Of a DNA stretch of 64,000 nucleotides, positions 32,201 to 45,143 are shown one piece after another. Under the pieces are notes generated by a model that did not search any database, was not told the origin of the DNA, and saw only the letters and a list, made by a program, of their open reading frames with translations. The DNA is from Antedon mediterranea (taxonomy: Eukaryota; Animalia; Echinodermata): the NCBI RefSeq assembly GCF_964355755.1, contig NC_092676.1:24260871-24324870 (forward strand), in the 5' to 3' direction. Numbering within the stretch: the stretch's first letter is position 1; each line of letters starts with the position of its first letter. The position numbers and the translations under genes are program-made.

Positions 32201-35200
32201 GTAAAATGTGAATTATATTATAATACCTTTTTAACAGTGTAGTCATAATTTGGTGAGGTTGATTCTAATGATCAAAAAACTTGTTATAATGATAACATGG
32301 ACTAATAATTTTACTCCGTGAATCAATGAATGTCTTAAGAAGAATTTTTTTTTAAACTGTTGATTTATCATGGAAGAGTTTACACACACCAGGGGTGGAT
32401 TGCTATAAAACAGTCTTAACTGATGGTCTTAACTCCCCGATTAAAGCCGGCTTTATCAGATAGACGGTCTTATTAAAGCCACTCCTGATAGACCATTGCT
32501 ATAAACCAGTCTTAGATAAGACCGCGTAAAGTAACAAATTGAGGGCGTACTTTGCGCGTAGAATACCAAATAAGGTAATGTTCGTCACGCTTGTTCAATT
32601 CACAATCATAACAGTACGTACATTTCTACGCGAGAAAATCCATTCTAGGCCTATATAACAATAAAATCACCGTTATTATTTGATTTAACACTTAAAACTC
32701 GTTCAATTGGTTGTCTTTGACGATAAATAATACGTAAAAGCAACAAAAAGAGAGGTTTAAGACTGTTTTAAGACTCCTTCGAGTAGGCTTTAATTTTAAA
32801 GACCGTTTACAGGTTAGACCGCGGTATAGCAATGGTCTATAATATAAGACTACTTGCTACGTCACGAATTATAGCCGGCTAAGCGCTAAGACCGGTTATA
32901 GACCGCTTATAGCAATCCGCCCCAGGGCTTGAGTACTGTAGTGTAATAGAGTACTGTAATACAAATTAATGATTGACTTTGGTGTTCTACGTAGACATAA
33001 GTATACTGGTATTAAATCGAGATATCCTATGCAATAACAGTATCTAGATTAACAGTAATGTAATTAATGTAGGACAATATTTGTTCAGTAGTTAACTGTT
33101 AACTGTTAAATGTACCCTTTCATCCCTGCAGTATTCTTAAGCTAACTGTCAGCTTTTATTCTTTTCAAAAACTAACAATGCACATCATTAAAACATCATT
33201 GACCAATCAATGTTTGACTTTACACCGCCGTTAGAATTGACAATGAAAATTAATCAATAACAAAAGATTAGTAAAATGATAAGGGTGTTTATTATGTAGG
33301 CCTATTCAATATATGAACTTCATCACTTGAACTGACATTACTAACATTAGAAGATAGCGAACAGTAGTATAGTGCCAGCTCTGTAGGCCTACATAGGATT
33401 ATCAAAATCAGAATCGTGTTCAGGATTGGAAATTATATGTTTTCGATACACAGATGAATGACAGAACCAAAGTGGTATGGATGTCTCTTACTTATTGTTT
33501 TTTAATATGTGTATAAAAAAAATTCATGTTATAAATTGTTGTAATTAGTGTACAGTATATATGATTATAAATAATGTTATTTTTAGAGTTGGATAATATT
33601 TATTAGGGATACCAAAGGATCCACTGAATAATTTCAAATAATGAAACAAAGGGACACAATGAGAATTTTTATGTTTCAAATGTCAAAAGTGTACCTTGTA
33701 TTAGTTTTGCTGTGCAGATTTGGTAGAACACCATCTTTTCCACTCATTAACCTGTTATTTTAATGGCAATACAGTACATGCTTTAAAAAACACCTCCTAG
33801 ACTACAGTACAGAGTTACAGCAGGGAGTTGTAATTTTACAACTCTACTACAGGTTCTACTACTACTAGTTACAGTACTTTAATACTTTTATTATTACTAC
33901 AGTATACAACACATTCTAACATGGAGGTGATTTTAGGTAAATACTTCTAAAAAGTAAAAGTTTTAAAAATGGCTGTTTCAATTGAAGGACTGGTTTTTTA
34001 TTGAAGCCAAGAAATTTAATAAATGATTAATGCGTGGAAATTCCACAGGAAATTTAAAACATGCTCTAGTTAATGTTGAATTGAGAATGTGACTCATTCA
34101 ATAAAGTTATCAAAATAATAAACATTGTTATTAAAGCTCTGTCTACACTATCAAACTATTAACAAAAAAAGTTTGATGTGCCCAAATATGGTAGTGAAAT
34201 GCCTAAATATGGTAGTGATATGACATCATCATTTCTTTGGGCACATCACATTTTATTGTTGTCACATAAAGTTTGATAGTGTAGAAAGAGCTGTAGAGGA
34301 AATGTAACCTTTTTGATGGTACTGTTAACATGGTAATAATTATGGTAATGTTGTAACATTATAAACCATAGTGTATTTCGGTGAAACAACGATTATTCCA
34401 TTTATTATTTGAATATTATTTTGATCATGATAAGAAAGAAAACATCCCTCCTGTTGTGAATCGAAATTTAGGTCGTCAGATGCCGAAGGTTACAAAAATG
34501 CCAATTTGAGTTTTTGCCAGAATAAGGTCTAAAGTAAACATGAATACAGGATTTATAAAATACAGGATTTTTAAAATATAGAAGTTAAAATTAATATAAT
34601 TTCAGTAATATTGCTGTATAAATATAACCTTGAGTCTATAATTATTCTTCAGGGAAAAATTTCATTTTTAAATTTTGTTTAGCAATATTGCTAATCAAAC
34701 TGATTTTTGAGTCGAGAAACATAGTTTTGTATTGTATTTTTGGCTACACAATTTTAAAAATCTGTAGCAAAAAGGTTGTTTTGTATAGCTTTTTGCTATG
34801 CTACACTGGCGAAATTATTCCCTGTTCTTTACAAAAAATACTCAACCACCAAATTAATAAATTAACCACCTTAATTAATTAGTACAGTATTTATATGAAG
34901 TACAGTACCGTATGGTGCAGAATAGTTTTTAGTATATTATTCAAGCACACGATCATTACACTTGTCTTGTTACATCTTTTGTGATTCAATTGCACTTAGT
35001 CTTTAAAATATACTTAACCACTAAATTAACCGGAACATTAAATATGCCATAATATATTTTAATTAATTAATAAAGAATAATAATAAATAAAAAGTGTACT
35101 ATAATTATTTTTTAAAATATACTCAACCACCAAATTAACCGGAATATTAAGTGCCATAATTTTAATTAATTTATTCAATATTATGAAGTACAGTATGGTG

Positions 35201-38200
35201 CAGAATAGTTTTTAGTACATTATTCAACCACACGATCGTTACACTCTATGTATGAATATCTTTTGTAATCCAATTGCACTATAAGTATAATTATTCTTTA
35301 AAATATACTCAACCACCAAATTAACCGGAACATAATTTGCCATAACATATTTTCACTAATGAATACAATATTATGAAGTACAGTACAGTATGGTGCAGAA
35401 TAGTTTTTAGTATGTCATTATTCAACCACACGATTGTTGCACACTTTAGGCAGATATCTATTGTGATTGTACTGTACAGGCGGTATCGGCATCTATAGAT
35501 TGCAATTTATTAACAGGCTGTCGTTACCATAGTGATGGTCTCATTCAAGTGTAAACAATTATGAATTTCAAGGTTGCTGGTTGGTAGTAATATTTGTGAA
35601 ATGTTATGTATTAAATCCTGGTTATTGCCATTTTTATTAAGCCTGTTTGTGATACTAATGTTATTGTCTATTTCTCTTGTAGCCTTATTCATTATTTTGT
35701 TACCATAATGTACAGCCTAAATTACTGTATGCTAATATCTAACAAATGTTATATTTTAAATGTAATTTATATTTTATAATATTTATTATTTATTTGTATG
35801 TATTTATCTATCCCCAGTCTCTAGATTATTGTGTTATCGGTGGGTGTTTTAATTTTCCTTCAGTCTAGATTCCAGACTAAAGGCCAAAGAGCCATCTACA
35901 ATCTAGACTGGTTTATTTAAGAAATTGGTTAATTCAATTAATTTATTTCATTTTCTTTTTGTTCCAACAGAAGCTGATTCAATCAAAAGATTAACTAATA
36001 CAATGAACGGAGACACATTTACGAATGAATTTGCTGATCTGTCAGTTGAGGGCGGAGAATTGCCTTTGAATGGTGATCCGGTTAGGTCAAAGGTCACAAA
36101 AGATGCTGCAGACATAGGAGATGCAAAGAGAAATGGAGACATTCAAATGACCAGACCAAATCCATTAGTGAATGGTGAATTATCAGGCCTTAGAGACCAG
36201 GATGTTGCTTCGGAACATGGGTCATATACTAGCCAACGTAGCAACGACTCACGTGGAAGTAAACGTAGTGTTCATAGTACCTCACGAAATGGGGGCGCTG
36301 TTCTTTCAACAGGCACGACTGGAATTTATCCAAGTACTACTAGCGATCATGAACTGTCTGAAATTTTTAGAACTGCTGGTAGAGGGAGTTATAAAAACGA
36401 TGGTAGTAGTCAAGGTACGCTTACGCCACGGGATGGCGTGTCAGAAATGGGGTCAATGAACTCAATTACATCGAGCACGCACAGCGTAAATCAACATACT
36501 TCTTTAGATTTAGACTTTTCAGTAAAGCCACGAGAATATAATCGTTTTGGTGGCGGTGATAGTCACTCCGAGGTAATCCGTACACGTCGAGATGAGAAAC
36601 TACAATATTCGAGAACGCGTCCAATTAGTTTGCCTGATCCAAGTGACTACAAAGACTATTTAGCTGAAAACTTTACTCGTGAAAAAACAAAACATTCAGG
36701 GCAGCCCTTAAAACCGCCATCGGTCCCAAACCATGTCTCATCAAGTCGTAATTCCTTGCGCAACGGCAGTCGTACATCATTAGTGGCGACAAACGGAGGA
36801 TACGAAGCTGACGGTTTTAAAATCGATGAGAGTAAACTGAAAGAGTTGGAGGTCAAAGTTGAATCTTTGAATTCGTTGCTGAAAGAGAAAGAACGTCATA
36901 TAAAGGTTCTTGAGGATGATTTACAAGATGTTCAGAAAACGAATGAAACACTTTTAAGAGAAAGAGAAGAAGTTGTCAGAGCATCGAAACAAAATGTAAG
37001 TCAGATTCAAATGATAAGTAAGAAACTAAAGGTAGAGTTTTAAAAATAAATTGCAAGCTTTAAAGCTCTGTCTACACTATCAAACTAGTTTGACAAAAAA
37101 AATGTGATGTGCCCAAATATGGTAGTGATATGACATCATCATGTCCATTATATTGGCACATCACATTTTTTTTACACATAAAGTTTGATAGTGTAGACAG
37201 AGCTTAATGAGGTGTTTTTAAATCAGCAGGTTTTTCAATTATAAAATAAATGTGTTTACACTGCTTTTGTTAATTTTTTAATTATTTTTATTATTAATTT
37301 TAGAATGAGAAAGAACTAGATAACCTTTTACGTGACAAAGAAACTTTAACTACAGAAGTGTTACGATTGCGCCAAGAACTATCCCAGAAATCAGTGCCTG
37401 AAGCGGGTTCACCGCATTCACTTGAGTTTAATCCAGACCATCCTAAAGTTTTGCGGAAACGGATTGGTAGGTGTTTCTTCCGCTTGCGACATTTCCTTTC
37501 TCACTATGCGCTTCTCTTTAAAGCTACACTACCAAACTTTATGTGACAACAAAATGTGATGTGCTCATATATGGACTCGATAGACAGAGCTTGAGAAAGT
37601 GTCTATAACTTAATTACTGTAGGATTCTCTATACTGGATCTGGTAAAGTATGCATATTTAAGTTTTTAATATCATTTTTCCAGCTGATTTAGAGAGTCAA
37701 TTAAGCGATTTGCAAGAGGCTAATGAATGTGCCGAGACACAGCTCCAAGAGGCTGACAAAGATCTTGAAAAATACAAAGAAGAAAATGCCAGCCTAAAAA
37801 TGGTGAACGCTCTGGGAGCAGAAGACCTTTCAGCTGAGAATGAGAAACTGAAACGGGCAGTAAGTGAAGATCTCTGGCCATATTTAGCAATCACACTTGG
37901 GCTAATGTAAACACTTTTAAAAGTCTCCTATCTCTGTAAATACCACTTAAGGGAAATCTTTAAATATATATTTACTTAAGTGAAATAATATTATTATATA
38001 CTGTATTGTGATTGATGAATAAAGCCACTGTAGAATTCATCAACTCTAAAAACAAGATTCTCAGAATATAATAATCTGTTTACACTAACAAACTTTATGT
38101 CACAAAAAAAAAATGTAATGTGCCCATATATGACCACGATGACATCATATCACTACCATATTTGGGCACATCACACTTTTTTGGTAAACTAGTTCGAAAC

Positions 38201-41200
38201 TCTAAGAAAGTGTTTTATTGATTTCTGTGCCTTAAACATTTGTTTATAACATTGTTAAAAATACATGTTTCAAAGGTTACAGAATTGAAAGAATACAAAC
38301 GACATCGTGGACATAACCGAGTGTTCGAGGATGAAGTTGGTAGATTACGCAGTGACACGCGAGTCCTCCGAGAAACAAACCACAAATTAGAAGAAGAAAA
38401 CATAAGGTTACGGGAAGACTATTTAGATTTAGAGCGAAATTATGAAAATTTAAAACTGCACACAAAACAAGACAGGAAAAAAAAGAAAGCATCCAGTAAT
38501 CAGAAATCAAGTAAGTATACTATGGATGAATTGCTTATACTAGTCTGATGTTTCTTGCAAACATGCTCAGATCCTTTCATGAAGCTGTCAAGTCAAAAAG
38601 TCGTTCTGTGCATACTCAAAAACATTTGAGAAACACAAAATTGACTGTTGACACAATAGCTGTGTGCATACATGAGCTCCTAAAAATTGTTAAAACTTTT
38701 TTAATTTTTAATTTTATGGTGTTTTGTAAGACTTTTTTTGCTATAAAGTAATATCAAACATATGAAATTCTAGACCAGAGCAAGGTAGAAGAATATGAAC
38801 GTCAAAAGCTATTGGACGATTTAAAGGTCGCACAGGCAAAGGTCAACAACGTAGCAGCTGAACAAGGCATTCAACCCCTTATAAAAGATGCTGATTATAA
38901 TGCTAATGGCTTTCGGAATCAGTCTGGAGGAGAAGGGCGCGGCCTTGGTTCCCAACTACTGCCCTCAAAGTTTTCAACAGCAGAGTTAACTGGCAAATCG
39001 CCAAAGTCACCTCAATATGCTTGGCTTGGTAAGTTGGTGGAGCTGTAGCTTGGTGGTTGAATTTCTTTCTTTCTGATCCGAAGGTCCAGGGTTCAATCCT
39101 GACCTAGTTCAAGGGTTGTAACTCGTGACTGTTTCTACTCCAATCTCTACTAAACCTTTAAATGAGACTTTATTTATAAGTATAGTACAGTTGATCCATC
39201 CTGTAATTGACAAGTTACTTAGATGGGTATAACTATTTGTTTATTAAATAATAAAATATATATTTATTATCTTTGCAAATATTTATTTTTTAATTTAAAA
39301 ATAACAAAAACTTTCAGATGCATTTGATGAAAAACACTTATCGCCTGGCTCGGACATGAGCGACTCAACAGCCATCTTGACCGCAGGCTGGCAGACAAAC
39401 ACAGGCCTTGGTGATCACTTCCTTACAGAAACATCACCACAGGAAAACACTCGCTCGTCCCGCAGCCGACACAGAGGTAAGCTACAGTAGGCTGGTTGTT
39501 GCATATTGCAATTGTTAATGTGACTACTAACATACAGTACGGTACCATGTGTTGTAGGCACAAATAAATCATAATGTACCCATATTATGCATATGGCTAT
39601 AAGTTCCTTAACAATTAAGGCTGTGTAAAAGAAATTTTAAGAATTTAGCGTTAAAAAACCAATTTAATAAATTTTAACGATGTCATGTTTCCGTATATGC
39701 ATTATCTACATTTATTTGTTTCAAAAAGAACAATTTAATATAATTAAATAATATTTTTCATTCAAAGATTAAATTATGTATTGTATTTTATTAGTTGTAG
39801 ATAGAAGCATACTGACTGATTGTATGCATTAAATCATACTAATGGTCTAACGTAATGTAGGAGTGGCCTTTACTGATTTTACCGCTCATTTTGCTGATTG
39901 CTTTTAGTTTTAATAACATTCTGTATCAACTCTGATATAATAGTCCAAAGTACAACCCCTAACTGAACGAATTGAATTGTTTTTATAATACATGATATCA
40001 TTATACCTGGATCAATAACAATAAATTGATGCCAGGCTACATATAAACTATTATCATAGATAATCTATTTGCATACTTATATGCTATAATCATGGAGAAA
40101 TATTGATTTCCTCAATGCTATAGTTTAGTATTAATGTTTGTTTAATGTATGTTCCATAAATCCATATTTTTATACATGTAATGTATCTGTTAACAACATA
40201 GTCGAAAATTATATAGAGACAGTGCTTGTTTTTTTAATTAGATCTCATAGTTCCAACATGCAAATTGTTGATATAAAGTTTGCGGTGTACACCACAACTA
40301 TTTAGTCATGAAAAGAACTGTTGAGTTTCTCAACGTTTCCATCAATATGTTTTGATCGTCCTCAGGAGTGAGAATTCATATCTTAACTATTAAAGTGTTA
40401 TTTGTTAATGTTGAAATGTATCTAATGAATGCACTATATGTTCTGTCATAATTATGAGACTTTTGTAACTGTTCTTATATATTATATTGTCAAAAATTAA
40501 AAAATTACCAGGTAATATACCAATATTCTGGCAAATTAAGGTCTGAAATTACAGTGTTCTTTCTCTGATTATAATTATTGTAGCTATATTAATAGACATT
40601 CCATAACAACCACGATACGATTCTCGTTTCCACCTTTAGAAACGAGAAAAACTCATGATACAGATGATGTTAGCACGTCCGACTCGACTTCGGTGGCCGG
40701 TATGTTTGAGCCGAATAAGGGTCACATAACGGTAAAACATCACCGACGCAACCTCAGCAGTGATAGCTCAACGTCATCATTCTTGGGAGATGCTTATAGA
40801 GATTACAAAGCTTATACTGATCCTAGAATTAGGTCAAGATCATATGATAGAACAGCACGAAATAAGCAAAGCAGAGGGGGTAAGACATCTTAATATACCA
40901 TCAACTCTTGAAATTGTATGAAGTGTTGTTTTATTGCCAAAATGCCTGGATATAAAATTGAAATATTTGAAATATATTTGTTTTCAGACATGGTAACTGT
41001 TCCACATCATACCCTTCAGCATAACGCATATAACACTACTGACCTAAGCGGTACACATCACACACGTAGTAACCACCTACGTAGTGTCTCTCCACCACGT
41101 AGCCCATCTCCACCCGGATTTCGTAGCGTCAGTCCTCGTGCTGTAGCAACGCAACACAACAAAGGAACTATCAGGTAGGTGAATTTAAAAAAAAAAAGCA

Positions 41201-41752
41201 AATCAATTTTTCATATGAATCAGGAATCATTTATTTATGGTTATAGTTAATTACTGATAAATTTACTAATTGCTACAATGGAAGAATATATATAATGAAG
41301 ATAATTTAAATCTTAAAATCAATTTTATTTTACTTTCCAACTTTAAGTGACCAAATTACCAAAGGTTATGTGTTACCATTGAGACCGTTTGCTCCAAGAA
41401 CATCGCGTGACATTGAAGTTGGTATGAAGGTCAAATTTTCACGTCCAAACGGCCGGGTTAGTCAAGGTATGGTCAAATACATTGGTCAGCTACCAGGACG
41501 CCATGACTCCTACTTGGGTGTTGAACTAGATACGGATGGTAAGATAATTTGAATTTGTACTATTGTGCTGAAATAGAAATTTATTCTAAATATTTGTTTT
41601 TGAGGACAATACATCTTTAAGTAAGACCCTTTTTTTCTTCAATTGCAGAAGGACGCCATGATGGCATCTACAATGGAGAAAGGTTCTTCAAGTGTAGGCC
41701 GAACCGAGGGGTATTTGTCAGCTTCAAGAAGGTCATACTTGTCTGGGCTTAA
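26228..41752 (+). CDS. Uncharacterised ~1097-aa protein: CCHC zinc finger, CBM48-like domain, Ser-rich region, coiled coils, C-terminal CAP-Gly
   Basis: Exons 26228-26483, 27687-27778, 31479-31653, 35971-37031 (alternative donor 36995), 37304-37466, 37684-37859, 38276-38510, 38774-39028, 39318-39476, 40640-40879, 40988-41174, 41348-41538, 41649-41752; all GT-AG, phases join into one frame. CAP-Gly: VGMKVKF..GMVKYIGQLPGRHDSYLGVELDTDEGRHDGIYNGERFFKCRPNRGVFV. Joining the first three exons to the rest rests on phase compatibility only. Confidence 0.8.
26960..27590. mobile_element. Non-autonomous DNA transposon, Kolobok-like
   Basis: TIR AGCCCCCTTCCCT / AGGGAAGGGGTCT flanked by TTAA on both sides; purine-purine start fits Kolobok rather than piggyBac. 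Confidence 0.7.
27803..27951. mobile_element. Harbinger-like MITE family A copy
   Basis: Family TIRs and the internal atatggtagtgatatg subrepeat. Confidence 0.8.
29422..30226. mobile_element. 805-bp foldback non-autonomous DNA transposon with IS3EU-type ends
   Basis: TATGG..CCATA termini, 6-bp TSD AATAAA (29416-21, 30227-32), ~380-bp inverted arms with 15-bp TGAATGAAATGTTTT tandem units. Confidence 0.8.
31176..31318. mobile_element. Harbinger-like MITE family A copy
   Basis: Family TIRs, TAA TSD. Confidence 0.85.
31679..31830. mobile_element. Harbinger-like MITE family A copy
   Basis: Family TIRs, TTA TSD. Confidence 0.85.
32393..32922. mobile_element. Non-autonomous PIF/Harbinger-like element
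   Basis: TIR GGGTGGATTGCTATAA / TTATAGCAATCCGCCC, 3-bp TSD CAG, subterminal GTCTTA/TAAGAC repeats. Confidence 0.75.
34135..34292. mobile_element. Harbinger-like MITE family A copy
   Basis: Family TIRs. Confidence 0.8.
34833..35470. repeat. Degenerate tandem repeat, ~3 units
   Basis: Recurring aaaatatactcaaccaccaaattaa and gtatggtgcagaatagtttttagta blocks. Confidence 0.75.
37064..37204. mobile_element. Harbinger-like MITE family A copy (partial copies at 37522-37591, ~38074-38195, ~42684-42823, 48074-48135, ~50640-50711)
   Basis: Perfect TIRs AGCTCTGTCTACACTATCAAACT, TAA TSD. Confidence 0.88.
40329..40368 (-). ncRNA. Degenerate minimal hammerhead ribozyme, Penelope-like retroelement remnant
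   Basis: Minus strand: CTC-CTGAGGA-C-GATCAA-aacata-TTGATG-GAAA-CGTT-GAG; CUGANGA and GAAA cores, stem II, palindromic AACGTT. Confidence 0.45.
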
Positions 41753-42332
41753 AACCTTAACTGATAGTAGCTATTATGGCCCTGTTAGCTGTGTTGGGTT
41801 CGAGACCTTTTGTAAGCTGGCAGGGACTTGCTGCTAGTGACGTTCTGATAGCTGCCGAAATAGGCTAACTTGAGGCGCTCTGCCATTATGTTTTCAATGG
41901 ACTTCTGATTGATATTGGCTGCCTTGATGGTCATCAGAAGCTGCACCAGATAGTCATATAATGCATAATAGTTTCTAATTATGTTTTAGATCAATTGCTG
42001 GAATGAAACAAAGCACATCATGATTACATTTTTCAACAATGTCTCAAATATCTAGTATATGGGGAAACACACATGAGAATTTTCAAAAAAATGCTGCTTG
42101 ATAATTACCAAACTTTTGATAATCACAAAATTTAACAGTGTTTGAAAATAAATTGTAGTAATTTTAAGATGGGGATGTTAATTAATTGTTAATGTAATCT
42201 ACCAAGAAAAGAAATTGAATCCAACAAGAAATTTAACAGGAATTTAATAAGTCATCAATTTTGTAAATACTGAATTAATTTTATATTGAATTAAATAGTT
42301 GTGTGTAGATAACTTTCATTAACCGTTATTAA

Positions 42333-42422
42333 TGGGAAGTGGGTATAATGGGAAGGGAGGGGGGGGGGGGTTAAATGGGAAGGGGGGGGGGGTATTAATG
42401 GGAGGGTGGGGTGGTCTTGGGT
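42333..42422 (+). other. G-run tract (potential G-quadruplex) downstream of the CAP-Gly stop
   Basis: About ten GGG or longer runs within 90 bp. Confidence 0.6.
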
Positions 42423-43230
42423 ATTGTTGAATTTTAAATTACATTGTGTAAACTACTTTGTGTTAATTCTTATGGATTTGCATCAGCAAAATCAAGTATG
42501 GCAAATTGTTTCAAAATATACTTTATATAGCAAGTTTGACTTGTACTCTCTCATTCCATTGTAAGTATATTCTGTACAAATTTATTGTCAATGTTTGTTG
42601 TCTTTCGTTTGTAGTGTCACATTGTATGTTTCTTGTACATCAGAAATGTAAATGTATACTTCATTCATGTGAAATTGGTACAAAGCTCTGTCTACACTAT
42701 CACACTTAATGTGGCAAAAACATGTGATGTGCCCATATATGGACATGATGATGTTCATATCACTACCATATTTGGGAATATCACTACCATATTTGGACAA
42801 TTTTTTGTCAAGCTGGTTTGATAAGTGTGCCAATGTTTGTTGCTGTTTGTCATTTTGTTCAATTTGTATTCTATAACTGTTCCTTTTATACTGAAATACA
42901 TTTGTCACTTTGTAGAAAGTAGATTTTAAAAATCCTATTGAAGGAATTCTTTTGTAACAAAGAAGTAGATCATTTAAATTTGTTTAATAGAACTACTTTC
43001 AACCAATTGAGAATTGAATGTGTGCTATACATTAATAATGTATCTTCTATGTTGTTTGCTGTTTTTCTTGTTGTATATTATAATTTCTTAATATCGCTAA
43101 TTACGGTATTTAATATATTTGTTTAAAAACATGAGTTCTGTCTTATAGATTGTGTGCATACATTGAACATTGGATGCATACCAAATAACCAATGTTATTT
43201 GTGTTGGCCAAATATTGACATTTTATATCG

Positions 43231-45143
43231 ACTATAGTACAGGGATTTTTTCAAAAATGGCAAAAATATTGACTAAACAATCCCCTTACAAATTTCCAAA
43301 GGCAGCCGACAGCAGATGTGTGTGCACTCTTAAACACATCAGTAGATCTAATATGTATAATTTCCTTGTACTTATAGTTTAGGGATTTTTTTTGAAAATG
43401 GCCAAAAGAGATTCATAGTAACTAGTTATTATTGCCATATATGCACATATATAGCGTTACCATCATCTTATAGAGTCATAGTAACCATTTATGGCAAGAT
43501 TTAAAAGGGTCGAAAATCTGCCATTTTTCGAAAATTTCCCTGTACTGTACTGTACTATAGTACAGGGATTTTTTTGGACTCTGCGCATGTTTATTATACT
43601 ATAGTAACCATTTATGTCAAAAGTGGTTACTATAGCTCAATTGACATGCGCAGAACCCATTATTCGACTCTGCGCATCTTTGTTATGTTATAGTAACCAT
43701 TTATGGCAAGATTTAAAAGGGTCGAAAATCTGCCATTTTTCGAAAATTTCCCTGTACTATATATAGTACAGGGATTTTTTCAAACAATGACAAATTTTCG
43801 ACCTTATTATTTTTCGATATAAACAGGTTACTATAGCACAGTTGACGTGCGCAGAACGCATTATTCGACTCTGCGCATGTTTATTATGCTATAGTAACCA
43901 TTTATGTCAAAAGTGGTTACTATAGCACAATTGAAATGCGCAGAACCCATTATTCGACTCTGCGCAAGTTTATTATGCTATAGTAACCATTTATGGCAAA
44001 AATTAAAAGGGTCGAAAATCTGCCATTTTTCGAAAATTTCCCTGTACTATAGTACAGGGATTTTTTTCAAAAAATGGCAAATTTTCGACCTTTTTATTTT
44101 TCGATAAAACTGGTTACTATATCACAATTGACATGCGCAGAATCCATTCTTCGACTCTGCGCATATTTATTATGCTATAGTAATAATTTACGTCACAAAA
44201 AAAAGGGTCGAAAATCTGCCATTTTTCACAAATTTCCCTGTACTATAGTACAGGGATTTTTTCGAAAAATGGCAAGTTTTCGACCTTTTTATTTTTCGAT
44301 AAAACTGGTTACTATATCACAATTGACATGCGCAGAACCCATTATTTGGCTCTGCGCATGTTTATTATGCTATAGTAACCATTTAAGTCAAAAGTGGTTA
44401 TTATAGCTCAATTTACATGCGCAGAACCCATTATTCGACTCTGCGCATGTTTATTATGCTATAGTAACCATTTATGGCAAGATTTAAAAGGGGCGAAAAT
44501 CTGCCATTTTTCGAAAATTTCCCTGTACTATAGTACAGGGATTTTTTCAAACAATGACAAATTTTCGACCTTATTATTTTTCGATAAAACCGGTTACTAT
44601 AGCACAGTTGACGTGCGCAGAACGCATTATTCGACTCTGCGCATGTTTATTTTGCTATAGTAACCATTTATGTCAAAAGTGGTTACTATAGAACAATTGA
44701 CATGCGCAGAATCCATTCTTCGACTGCGCATATTTATTATGCTATAGTAATCATTTACGTCACAAAAAAAAGGGTCGAAAATCTGCCATTTTTCGAAAAT
44801 TTCCCTATTGCCAAAATATCCACTTTTTAAAATTTAATTATTATGCAATAATATTGCCATATATGCACATATATAGCGTTACCATCATCATCTTATAAAG
44901 TCATAGTAACCAGTTATTTAAAAAAAAAAAAGGGTCAAAATTTTGTCATTTTTCGAAAATTTCCCTGTGCTAAAGTACAGGAATTTTTTTCAAAAATGGC
45001 CAAAATATCCACTTTTTAAAATTTTATTATTATGCAATAATATTGCCATATATAGCGTTACCATCATCTTATAGAGTCATAGTAACCAGTTCTGTCGAAA
45101 AATAAAAAGGTCGAAATTTGGTCATTTTTCTAAAATTTCCCTG
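43231..45143. repeat. Higher-order tandem array of two palindromic modules
   Basis: Module A (~89 bp): ggttactatagc..TGCGCAGA-N13-TCTGCGCA..gctatagtaacc. Module B (~108 bp): centred on the perfect 20-bp palindrome CCCTGTACTATAGTACAGGG. Confidence 0.9.

Noticed and set aside
43231-45143. CRISPR-like array, and ORFs 43904-44660
   Set aside because: Sequences between palindromes are themselves repeats, not unique spacers; no cas genes; eukaryotic context. The ORFs are translations of the repeat.
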